Below are positions 56,340-64,000 of a stretch of 64,000 bases of DNA, in pieces. A model generated the notes under the pieces. The model was not told the DNA's origin. It saw nothing but the letters and a program-made list of their open reading frames with translations, and ran no database searches. Source of the stretch: Patescibacteria group bacterium. GTDB taxonomy: Bacteria > Patescibacteriota > Microgenomatia > CAYGWK01. Each line of letters begins with the position of its first letter. The stretch's first letter is position 1. Made by a program: the position numbers and the translations under genes. The DNA lies in contig JBMORX010000009.1 of assembly GCA_049322615.1 (NCBI GenBank), positions 130,321-194,320 on the forward strand, read 5' to 3'.

Positions 56340-57235
56340 TAAAGTTCTCCGATAATTTTAATTTCTTTTTCAAGTCTAACAGCAAATTTTTCTTCAACCC
56401 TTTTTTGGCACAAACGTATTAATTCTAGCACATCCCTGCCCTTTGCCAAACCCAAATTAACAATAAAATTAGCATGTTTGGGGGAAACTTGAGCATCGCC
56501 AATTCGATAGCCCTTCAGTCCGACCTGCTCGATCAACTTACCGGCACTTTCACCATCGGGATTTTTAAAAACAGAACCGGCTGAGGGTTCTTTAGGTTGG
56601 TTTTTTCTTATCTTTAAATATTTATCGATTCTTCTAGCAACACTTTGGGGATTATTCTGGATTAATTTCAAGGTTACCCCCAAAACGATCTCTTTCTCCA
56701 GCAAAAATCGGCTCTGTCTATAACCAAACTGGCATTCTCTTTTTGAAATTATTTCTTTTTCTCCGTCTTCCTGCAAAATTTCAACTTCTTCAACCAAATC
56801 TCCAATCCACTTGTCTTTAATCCCAGCATTACCAGCAATCGCTCCGCCCACTGTCCCCGGAATACCGGCGCAGAACTCTAGTCCGGAAAGCCCCCCTTTG
56901 GCGGTCTCCCCCACCAACCAAGGAAGACTCATCCCAGCTTCAGCCTTGACCCTTCCATTTTTCATTCCCAATTTTTCATTTTTAATTTTTATTACCACCC
57001 CCCGTATTCCTTTATCTGAAACCAAAATATTTGATCCCCCGCCTAAAATAAAATATGGAATCTTTAATTTCCTGGCAAGTTTTACCGCCGCCACTATCTC
57101 TTCCTTCGTCTTTACCTCATAAAAGATATCGGCTGGCCCGCCAATTTTAAAAGTGGTGTGAAGACGCATTGGCTCATTGAGTTTTACTCTTTTTCCTCCT
57201 AAACTTTCCAAGAATTCCTGATAGCCTTTTTTCAT
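56339..57235 (-). CDS. murB: UDP-N-acetylenolpyruvoylglucosamine reductase
   Basis: FAD-binding PCMH domain (TFKIGGPADIFYEV). Contains a KIKNEKL-family repeat insertion. Confidence 0.9.
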   Translation of the reverse strand: MKKGYQEFLESLGGKRVKLNEPMRLHTTFKIGGPADIFYEVKTKEEIVAAVKLARKLKIPYFILGGGSNILVSDKGIRGVVIKIKNEKLGMKNGRVKAEAGMSLPWLVGETAKGGLSGLEFCAGIPGTVGGAIAGNAGIKDKWIGDLVEEVEILQEDGEKEIISKRECQFGYRQSRFLLEKEIVLGVTLKLIQNNPQSVARRIDKYLKIRKNQPKEPSAGSVFKNPDGESAGKLIEQVGLKGYRIGDAQVSPKHANFIVNLGLAKGRDVLELIRLCQKRVEEKFAVRLEKEIKIIGEL

Positions 57236-58653
57236 GAGTCTTTTTTCAATTTTGCGATTGTTTTTTCAATCATTGTTGTTATTTTCAGTCCTCCCGAAGA
57301 CATAAAAATGATGATGTCTTTTCTCTTTGGTTCATTAATTAAAAAATCAATTACCTTCTCGTCGATTGGCTCGTAGAAAACATTAGGTTGAGTCTTTGCG
57401 ATCGCCCTAACTATTTCCGGTCCTTTTACCCGGTTTTCTTTTTTGGAGGTTTTTAAAAAAGCCATTTTCGTTACAATTACCTGATTTGCTTTATCAAATT
57501 TTCCTGGGTACCAAGTAAGACTTTCCCTTTGTTTAAGAAGGCTCGCATGAGGATCAAAAACGCAGAAAATTCTACTTTTGGGAAATCTTACTCTTAAGGC
57601 AGTAAGCGATTCCTTAACTTTCGCAGGATGTTGAGCAAAATCAAAAAAGACGGTTATCCCGCCAAATGTCCCCAAGTTCTCTAATCGTGTTTTAATCCCC
57701 TTGAAAGTTCTGATGGCATTTTTAATAATCTCTGTTTCGATCCCCAAACTACGACATAAAGCGACGGCGCCACAGATATTTTGCAGGTTGTGTCTTCCCA
57801 AAAGTGATGTCTCAAGTAAAATTCGCTCCTTGAGCGTCACCACCTCAAAGGAGACAAGCTTGGTAGCAAAAGAAATTTTTTCTAGCCAGAAATTGGCATT
57901 TTTGGTCTCTGAAGAATACCAAACTACTTGACATTTGGCAACCCTGGCGACCTCTTTAATATTTTCACCATCGCCACAGGCGACTAACAAACCATCTTGA
58001 GGTATTAATTTAACAAATTTTTTAAAAGCCAAAATGTAATCATTCTCATTCTTAAAAATCTCGGGATGGTCCCATTTGGCAGCGGTTAAAAGAACAAATT
58101 TTGGTTTATAAAACATGAATTTAGGCAGATCAGTCTCAAGCATCGCCGGTGTCTCATCGCCCTCAATCACCGAATAGGAAGAAGGAGTATTCCTTACTCC
58201 ATCGGAAAAGTTAAGAGAGACGCCACCAATCATAAAAGAAGGATTAAAACCCGCTTTCTCAAGAATCCAAGCAAGGAGAGAGGCGAGGGTCGTCTTGCCG
58301 TAAGTTCCCGCGGTCACAATTGAGTTTTCTTTAACCAGAAAGTTCCGGAGAACTTCTGGATAAGACAGGATTGGACAACCAAATTTTTTTGCTTTGACTA
58401 CTTCGGGATTTTCCTGGTTAATTAGCAAGGCACTTCGACCAACGACAACTAAGTCTGGTTTTTCGGACAGGTTTTTTTCACTGTATCCTCGGGCAAAATC
58501 GATATTATTTTCTTCAAGATAGGTAGTGATTGGCGGATAAACAGCTTTTTGGTCTGAACCAGTCACCTGCCAACCCATATCCATAAACATTTTCGCCAAG
58601 GGTGCCATCGTCTTACCGGCAATACCAATGAAGTGAATATGATTTCTCGTCAT
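57232..58653 (-). CDS. murC: Mur ligase, MurC-like (UDP-MurNAc:L-Ala ligase) by N-terminal pattern
   Basis: IHFIGIAGKTMAPLA (MurC/Mpl-type N-terminal Rossmann domain) and the TAGTYGKTT P-loop; 473 aa. MurC versus Mpl cannot be separated by eye. Confidence 0.6.
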   Translation of the reverse strand: MTRNHIHFIGIAGKTMAPLAKMFMDMGWQVTGSDQKAVYPPITTYLEENNIDFARGYSEKNLSEKPDLVVVGRSALLINQENPEVVKAKKFGCPILSYPEVLRNFLVKENSIVTAGTYGKTTLASLLAWILEKAGFNPSFMIGGVSLNFSDGVRNTPSSYSVIEGDETPAMLETDLPKFMFYKPKFVLLTAAKWDHPEIFKNENDYILAFKKFVKLIPQDGLLVACGDGENIKEVARVAKCQVVWYSSETKNANFWLEKISFATKLVSFEVVTLKERILLETSLLGRHNLQNICGAVALCRSLGIETEIIKNAIRTFKGIKTRLENLGTFGGITVFFDFAQHPAKVKESLTALRVRFPKSRIFCVFDPHASLLKQRESLTWYPGKFDKANQVIVTKMAFLKTSKKENRVKGPEIVRAIAKTQPNVFYEPIDEKVIDFLINEPKRKDIIIFMSSGGLKITTMIEKTIAKLKKDS

Positions 58654-58669
58654 CTCAAGGTCTTTTGAG

Positions 58670-59458
58670 TCATATTTTTACTCGAACACCATAGTTATTC
58701 AATAAGGCTCTAATGTCTCCTTGATAAAATTTTTCTGTAAATTCTCTATCGCGCAAGAGGTACTCATTCGCTTGTTTTTCAATTAGATATTTCAATTCTT
58801 CAAGATTGCTTGACCAGGAAAACCCATTAAAAAATTCTACTCCAGTAAATTCGGTTTTATAAAGAGCGTTTTTCTCATAACAAGTGCCTAAATAGGCAAA
58901 TTTTCGTCCGTTTTTCTGGGCCCATGTCACTGCCTCTAATATCATTCTTGCCCCTAGACTTTTTTCCAAGAAATCCAGATTATAGAAAGCATGAGCATAT
59001 TGGAGTAGGTCATCACTTAAGAAACAAACTGCGTATCCGACTTCATTGCCGCCTTGGGCTTCTTTCCAGACAAAAATATAATTATACACTCCTTTTTCAA
59101 AAATACTTTTTATTCCCGCGGCCCTTATCTGACCTTTTCCAAATCGCTTGTCCATGTATTCCTTGCAAAATTTTTGAACCTCTGGGGTGTAATCAAATTC
59201 ATCAAGCGGCAAAAATTCATACTCAAAATTAGCCGTCTTGTTTAAGATTCTTCTATTCTCGCTTGAGAGGGAAAATTTGGGCAGACTAACTCGCAGGCTT
59301 CTGGAGAGATAATAAACACCGGGTAAGTTCCTCATCGGTAAAAAGCCTGAATCATAAATTTTCTCGACTTTATCCCCAACTTCTGCAAGCAACCAAACTT
59401 GATAAGGGAAAAAATATTTATCGTAATCAGCCTTAAATTCACTAAAAAACAATTTCAT
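58670..59458 (-). CDS. GNAT-fold aminoacyl-transferase-like protein (FemAB/Bpt-like), tentative
   Basis: 262 aa with no motif I can name. The call rests on its position between murE-like and murC-like. Confidence 0.3.
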   Translation of the reverse strand: MKLFFSEFKADYDKYFFPYQVWLLAEVGDKVEKIYDSGFLPMRNLPGVYYLSRSLRVSLPKFSLSSENRRILNKTANFEYEFLPLDEFDYTPEVQKFCKEYMDKRFGKGQIRAAGIKSIFEKGVYNYIFVWKEAQGGNEVGYAVCFLSDDLLQYAHAFYNLDFLEKSLGARMILEAVTWAQKNGRKFAYLGTCYEKNALYKTEFTGVEFFNGFSWSSNLEELKYLIEKQANEYLLRDREFTEKFYQGDIRALLNNYGVRVKI

Positions 59459-60654
59459 TTTAACCTTTCCTTAATCGCCTCTTTCGAAATTTCCTGGTCT
59501 GACCAGGGGATTTCCTGTCCGCCGAGATTTAAAGTTTTCTGGTGACCAACACCAGTAATCAAAACAGTATCTTTACTTTTAGCCATATTAATCGCTAAGA
59601 TGATTGCGCAAGAGCGGTCAAAAATCTTCCAATAGGTTTGACCTAAAATTTTCCCTCCCTTTTTCACTCCCACTTCAATTTCGTTAATGATTTTTTTAAG
59701 GTCTTCATGATAAGTATCCTCATGCGTTAGAATAATTTTATCACTAAGCTTGGCGGAAATCTCTCCCATCATCGGTCGTTTGGTTTTGTCTCGATCACCG
59801 GTACAGCCAAACACATGAATTATTTCTCCTTTCGTCTGATTTCGCACCGTCTTAAGAACCTCTTTAAAGGCAGCCGGGGTGTGAGCAAAATCAATAAAGA
59901 CTTGAAAATCCTGTCCCTCGCTGATCTTTTCCAGTCTCCCTGGTAATCCAGAAAAACCTTCGACAGCAATCCTTATAATTTCCTTCTTTATCCCCAAACC
60001 TTGGGCTACTCCGATGGCTGCCAGACAGTTATAAAGATTATATTCGCCAAGAAGCTTTCCTTTAAAAGGAAAAGTTTTCGGTGTCAAGTCAGCCTCATTC
60101 TTAACTCCATAAGTTATTATTTTTGCTTTTTCACTCTTAATTTTTGATTTTAGGTATTCGTATGACTCATCGTCGCAATTTAAAACCGCTAATTCTACTT
60201 TTCGGAAAAGTTTTGCCTTGGCTTTCAAATAATCTTCAAAAGTTTTGTGATAATCTAAATGCTCGTGGGTAATATTGGTGATTACTCCAACCTTAAAATT
60301 ACAGCCCAGGAGCCGGTGTTGGTCAAAACCGTGAGAAGTTGCTTCAAGAACAACATGAGTAAACCCACGGTTGACAATTTGCTGAAGAAGTTTTTGCAGC
60401 AAAAAAGGGCTGGGGGTAGTCACATGGAAACCAGTTTTAATTTCTTTTTCTCCAAACCATGCTCCAAGAGTGGAAATCATCGCCACTTTAAATCCTGCTT
60501 TTTTAAGAATTTCTCCAACTAAATGGACCGTGGTTGTTTTTCCATCGGTACCAGTAACCCCAATCACGGTCAAGTGAGAAGCGGGAAAACGATAGAAGAT
60601 GACAGCCAGGAATGCTTGAATAAAGTGACCAAGGTTCTTCAGTTTTCGAACCAT
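59455..60654 (-). CDS. murE: Mur ligase MurE-like lacking the N-terminal domain, with a non-canonical residue block at the DNPR specificity position
   Basis: VIGVTGTDGKTTT, LEATSHGF, HLDYHKTFEDY and FGCTGDRDKTKRPMMG are MurE hallmarks. The DNPR position reads HEDTYHED. Confidence 0.65.
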   Translation of the reverse strand: MVRKLKNLGHFIQAFLAVIFYRFPASHLTVIGVTGTDGKTTTVHLVGEILKKAGFKVAMISTLGAWFGEKEIKTGFHVTTPSPFLLQKLLQQIVNRGFTHVVLEATSHGFDQHRLLGCNFKVGVITNITHEHLDYHKTFEDYLKAKAKLFRKVELAVLNCDDESYEYLKSKIKSEKAKIITYGVKNEADLTPKTFPFKGKLLGEYNLYNCLAAIGVAQGLGIKKEIIRIAVEGFSGLPGRLEKISEGQDFQVFIDFAHTPAAFKEVLKTVRNQTKGEIIHVFGCTGDRDKTKRPMMGEISAKLSDKIILTHEDTYHEDLKKIINEIEVGVKKGGKILGQTYWKIFDRSCAIILAINMAKSKDTVLITGVGHQKTLNLGGQEIPWSDQEISKEAIKERLK

Positions 60655-60691
60655 ACACGAAGTCTATTATACCATTCTTCGCTTTCAAAAT

Positions 60692-62398
60692 TTAAAAACT
60701 GGGTGGAATTCCAAGATAGTAAAAAAGTTCTTTGGCAATTTCAAACCAAAGCGGGGCGACCGTCATTGAACCCCAAATTAGAGTCGGCTCCCGCATGGTA
60801 ACAAGCATCACAAATCGAGGATTATCAGCCGGAGCAAAACCAACAAAGGAAACGATGGTTTTCTCCTTATCATAGTGTCCAGCAATAGGGATTTGAGCCG
60901 TCCCGGTCTTTCCGGCAATTCGAAAGCCTTTCGGTCTTTCCCATTTTCCCCCTCTCTCAACCGCGTTAACCATCATTTCTGTAATCACCCTGGCAGTGGC
61001 GAGACTTATGACTCTTCTTCTTACTTTTGGTTTTATCTCCAATTCTTTATCTTGAGTCTTAATCTTGGTGACAACATGGGGCTCAAGCATCTCTCCGCCA
61101 TTGGCGACAGCGGCGATGGCCCTAACCATTTGAATTGGCGTCAACGCCACTCCCTGACCAAATGAGGCAGTGGCTAAATCGATAGGTACCCACTCGTTCT
61201 CTGATCTTAGGACAGCGACTGTCTCTCCCTCAAGATCAATCCCTGTTTGCTCTCCAATGCCGAATTTCTTTAAGTAGGAAACCAAATTTTTCGTCCCCAA
61301 TTTTTCGCCGACAAAAACCATTCCGACATTGTCCGAATGTTCCAAAATCTCAGTCATGGTTGAATCGGGATGGTACCTCTCGTCCCATGTTTTAATAGTG
61401 TATTCACCAATTTGTCTTGGTCCGCTGCATCGGTCACATTTATCTTGAGGACTGACCACTCCCTCATTAATGGCGGCGGCCATGACTAGGGGTTTAAAAA
61501 TCGATCCCGGCTCAAAAGTTTGACTGATAACCGGATTTGGGAAAAGTGAGTCGTTGGTCTTAGCATAATTTGCTGGCTCATACGAAGGAAAAGAAGCCAT
61601 GCTTAGGATTCCTCCAGTTTTTGGATCCATAATCACTACCGAGCCACTTTTCGCCCCATATTTCTCCAAACCCTTTTTCAATTTTCTTTCAACCATAAAT
61701 TGAATCTCACGGTTAAGATAAAGCTCCAAATCTCTCCCGGGAATTTCTTCCTCTTTGAGTCTTTTGCCGATAAGAATTGGTCTACCAGAGGCGTCTTTTT
61801 CCTGACGCAAGATTCCGGGTCTGCCTGAAAGCTCTCGGTCGTAGAATCCCTCGAGTCCAAAATAACCTTTATCTTTCCCGGCGGCGTCTTTGCCAACAAA
61901 TCCCACCAGTTGGGCAGCAAGCGACCCCTCGGGATAGTCTCTTCTTGCTTCTTCCTCAAAACCCAAGCCTTGAATTTGAAGTTTTTGAATTTCTTCCTTT
62001 TTCTCTCTATCTACCTTTCTCGCTAGAGAAACCCAAACTAAATCTTTACTCTTAAGCTTCTTTTCCATTTCTTCTCGGGTTTGCGATTGCAAAATTTTGG
62101 CAAGCATGGTAGAAATCTCCTCAGGGCTTCTATCGAGCTGGGGAAGGAGGGCATAGACTAAATAGGCTTGTTTGTTGGTCACTAAGGGAAAGCCATCCGA
62201 AGTCAAAATTTGACCACGTCTTGCAGGAATTTCTTCTTCTTGAGAATATTGAGAGGAAGCAAGACTTGAGAGTTTTTCACCCTGAAGTATCTGCCAATAA
62301 AAAAGTCTGCCGGCTACCAAAAAACCAAAAAAACAAAAACCAAGCATCAAGGTTTTGGCTCGCCACAAAGACATTTTTGCCTCCTTATCGCAGGGCAA
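60692..62398 (-). CDS. ftsI: penicillin-binding protein 2/3 (FtsI-type transpeptidase)
   Basis: PBP dimerisation domain plus a transpeptidase domain carrying the KTGTA motif; N-terminal TM. Confidence 0.9.
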   Translation of the reverse strand: MPCDKEAKMSLWRAKTLMLGFCFFGFLVAGRLFYWQILQGEKLSSLASSQYSQEEEIPARRGQILTSDGFPLVTNKQAYLVYALLPQLDRSPEEISTMLAKILQSQTREEMEKKLKSKDLVWVSLARKVDREKKEEIQKLQIQGLGFEEEARRDYPEGSLAAQLVGFVGKDAAGKDKGYFGLEGFYDRELSGRPGILRQEKDASGRPILIGKRLKEEEIPGRDLELYLNREIQFMVERKLKKGLEKYGAKSGSVVIMDPKTGGILSMASFPSYEPANYAKTNDSLFPNPVISQTFEPGSIFKPLVMAAAINEGVVSPQDKCDRCSGPRQIGEYTIKTWDERYHPDSTMTEILEHSDNVGMVFVGEKLGTKNLVSYLKKFGIGEQTGIDLEGETVAVLRSENEWVPIDLATASFGQGVALTPIQMVRAIAAVANGGEMLEPHVVTKIKTQDKELEIKPKVRRRVISLATARVITEMMVNAVERGGKWERPKGFRIAGKTGTAQIPIAGHYDKEKTIVSFVGFAPADNPRFVMLVTMREPTLIWGSMTVAPLWFEIAKELFYYLGIPPSF

Positions 62399-62663
62399 CT
62401 GGAACCTCAGGTGTTAGGTTAACCACCAAACTTGGTTTGCCAAATCCCAAGTTTGCCGCCTCAGAAGAAATCCGGGAAAGGGAGGAAAATTTGACAATTT
62501 CTTCCTCAAGAAGACTGTTTTCTGCTGAAACAGCAGAAACTTGCTCTGAAAGATTGGCAAGTCTTAAACCCGTTGTCGAAAGCATATTAGCAAACAAAAG
62601 TTTAGCAAAAGCCAGAAACAAAACCATACCAAAAACAAAGAAAAGTATTCTCTTGTTTTTCAT
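62385..62663 (-). CDS. ftsL: FtsL-like division protein (TM plus coiled coil)
   Basis: 92 aa, N-terminal TM and a leucine-zipper-like segment. Sits between ftsI and mraZ. Confidence 0.5.
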   Translation of the reverse strand: MKNKRILFFVFGMVLFLAFAKLLFANMLSTTGLRLANLSEQVSAVSAENSLLEEEIVKFSSLSRISSEAANLGFGKPSLVVNLTPEVPVALR

Positions 62664-62767
62664 ACTTTTTCCCTTTTAGATCACCGGTGCGCTAAAAAGC
62701 GTTAACAGCTGACCAAGCCAGGTTTTTTTAAACCAGTTCAAAAAATATTTAAGCATAAGTTTTCTTT

Positions 62768-62830
62768 TACCGTGGGCGGAGATTTCGCCTGTAGGGCAGG
62801 CAGAAGACCAGGCGCTTGCCCCGCCCACGG
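62768..62830. promoter_or_regulatory. GC-rich stem-loop CCGTGGGCGG...CCGCCCACGG in the mraZ-ftsL gap, followed by TTCCCG-type direct repeats
   Basis: 10-bp perfect stem with a GC-rich interior in an otherwise AT-rich ~300 bp gap. Confidence 0.4.
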
Positions 62831-62961
62831 CTTAAATCAATGTCTTTTTCCATTCCCGCCGTTCCCGTTCCCATTTCCACCGTTTACTCTCCCTTTCCCA
62901 CAACCATTACTCACCAGCAGTTTCTCCAGTTTTTGCCTCATTTTTTCACCGTTTAAGCGTA

Positions 62962-63363
62962 TCATTCCTGTTTGGTTTCAATTTTCTCTAAATAGGTCTT
63001 CCAGGTGTCAGAATCCCAAACCTCAAAATGATCGCCAGCTCCGATGACTGTCATTTCTCCTTTGATCCCAGCCCAAGACACCAAAGTATCTGGCAAAACT
63101 ACTCTTCCCTGAACATCAATATCAACCACTTCTGCTGCGGCAAACATCTGCCTTCTAATTTCTCTTCCCCTTCCCTCCGAGATAGGCACTAAAAGTTCCT
63201 GCTTTGCTGCCTCGTCCCACGTCTTTCTGTCAAATCCAAAAATGCACGGTTCAAATCCCTTAGCTAAAACAACCTCATCGCCAGTTATCTGTTCTCTGAT
63301 TTTTTTAGGCAAAGCCAGCCGTTTTCCAGTAGTTAAATTATGTTTGTATTCTCCTAAAAACAT
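62962..63363 (-). CDS. mraZ: transcriptional regulator MraZ
   Basis: Duplicated MraZ/SpoVT-AbrB pattern (MFLGEYKHNLTTGKRLALP...; GRVVLPDTL...); 133 aa. Confidence 0.9.
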   Translation of the reverse strand: MFLGEYKHNLTTGKRLALPKKIREQITGDEVVLAKGFEPCIFGFDRKTWDEAAKQELLVPISEGRGREIRRQMFAAAEVVDIDVQGRVVLPDTLVSWAGIKGEMTVIGAGDHFEVWDSDTWKTYLEKIETKQE

Positions 63364-63439
63364 CTGCCCCCCTCACTACTTTTCACCATTTATATCCATT
63401 TTGAGCCATTCCTATGTAGTTGTCAAGTACCAATTTAGA

Positions 63440-63640
63440 TATAAATCACCATTGCGGAATCAGTCTGAGTTGCCTGCCCCGCATACACGCCCTTGCGACG
63501 CCCGCCTGCAACTGCGTAGCTGTTGGCGGGGGGAGCAAGTAAGTGTTGTGCGGGGTCAAGAGGCAAATTAAGTTCAATTCACCATTGGAAGATATTTCCA
63601 CTCATTCGGAGGTTCAACCTCCCGACAGGTTCGACCTGAT
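63440..63640. promoter_or_regulatory. GC-rich structured region upstream of mraZ (long leader or unidentified ncRNA)
   Basis: Local GC is well above background. Hairpins GGAGG-TTCAA-CCTCC, CAGG-TTCGA-CCTG and CCCGCCTGCAACTGCGTAGCTGTTGGCGGGG are present. No ORF. Confidence 0.25.
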
Positions 63641-63820
63641 GACAGTGCTAGAAAATAAAATGGTACATTTTCTGCTGCAGCAAAATTTGTACCACTCAAA
63701 TCTATCCCTAAATCTATTTTCTGCCTAGGCAAAAAATCGAAAACAATTTTTAATTTTAGCCTTGGATTTTAGCTTATAATAGAGATTCTATCTTATAATA
63801 AAGAGGTAAAATGGACCTTG

Positions 63821-64000
63821 TTAGGGGGAAACGGCGAGGAAGCAGGTTAAACGATCGACTTCAACCGAAACGACTTGGCCATCAGTTTCAAAGCCTTTTG
63901 AGTATTCTTTCCAAGACGCCGAATCGGCATCCCAACCAAAAACTTTCACAGTTTGACTAGGTTGGGATAAACGAAGTTTTATTGTTCCCTTAACATTCTT
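63821..64000 (-). CDS. partial CDS (C-terminal ~59 aa; gene continues beyond the window end), hypothetical
   Basis: Minus-strand frame ...VKGTIKLRLSQPSQTVKVFGWDADSASWKEYSKGFETDGQVVSVEVDRLTCFLAVSP* with stop at 63821. Confidence 0.3.
   Translation of the reverse strand, partial: KNVKGTIKLRLSQPSQTVKVFGWDADSASWKEYSKGFETDGQVVSVEVDRLTCFLAVSP

Noticed and set aside
57232-58653. Assigning the 473-aa Mur ligase as MurD (to fill the missing murD)
   Set aside because: The N-terminal IHFIGIAGKTMAPLA pattern is MurC/Mpl-like rather than MurD-like. The MurC-like call is kept at moderate confidence.
63440-63640. RNase P RNA, tmRNA or SRP RNA identity for the GC-rich elements at 63440..63640, 13714..13906 and 9400..9470
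   Set aside because: I could not locate the universally conserved motifs (GGAAAGUCCGG / ACAGAA for RNase P; the tRNA-like 3' end with tag ORF for tmRNA; the GGAAGGAAGCAGC-type domain IV for SRP). An Rfam scan is needed before naming them.

Overview
This 64 kb window is low-GC (~38%) and densely packed, mostly on the minus strand. The gene content (small housekeeping genes, a near-complete dcw/peptidoglycan cluster, PaaX-like regulators, many short intragenic repeats) fits a streamlined Patescibacteria/CPR-type bacterium. That assignment is inference.

Feature classes present:
- Replication and repair: partial holA, ruvC, dnaE and a PolX.
- Translation: rplS, rpmA, rplU, a gatCAB operon interrupted by an MFS transporter, ileS, and tRNA-Asp, tRNA-Gly, two tRNA-Thr(CGU) and tRNA-Val.
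- Pyrimidine genes: pyrG, plus a GC-rich NCS2 uracil permease that looks foreign, next to a PRTase-like gene.
- Envelope and glycosylation: an O-antigen-ligase-like gene, two GT39-like genes, a GT2, LysM and VWA proteins, HtpX-LemA and lepB.
- Division and cell wall: parB, rodA, then a long dcw block. Its order is mraZ-ftsL-ftsI-murE(like)-FemAB(like)-murC(like)-murB-murA-ddl-murF-mraY-[NlpC/P60, LysW-like, PLP enzyme, ATP-grasp]-ftsW-murG-ftsQ(like)-ftsA-ftsZ.

The most unusual content:
1. A LysW-type amino-group carrier protein (52 aa, not in the ORF track) with an ATP-grasp ligase, a threonine-synthase-like PLP enzyme and an NlpC/P60 peptidase sits exactly where murD normally lies in the dcw cluster.
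2. At least three families of short dispersed repeats are inserted in-frame into essential genes: an AT-rich 'KIKNEKL'-coding repeat, a GGGAAGT/CCCACTT repeat, and a palindromic CCAGGATAGTCCTGG unit.
3. An IS200-like Y1 (RAYT-type) transposase is bracketed by REP-like palindromes, with a solo REP doublet inside the dcw cluster.
4. Two GC-rich (~55-58%) islets look horizontally acquired: the uracil permease and an XRE regulator.
5. Two PaaX-like regulators are each bracketed by their own perfect palindromes.
6. Two genes carry candidate phase-variation tracts: a T8 tract in a secreted lipase signal peptide and a 7-mer x4 repeat in the O-antigen-ligase-like gene.
7. Several GC-rich structured leaders occur upstream of the GGDEF gene, ileS and mraZ, and a ~110-140 bp leader element is duplicated upstream of two unrelated genes.
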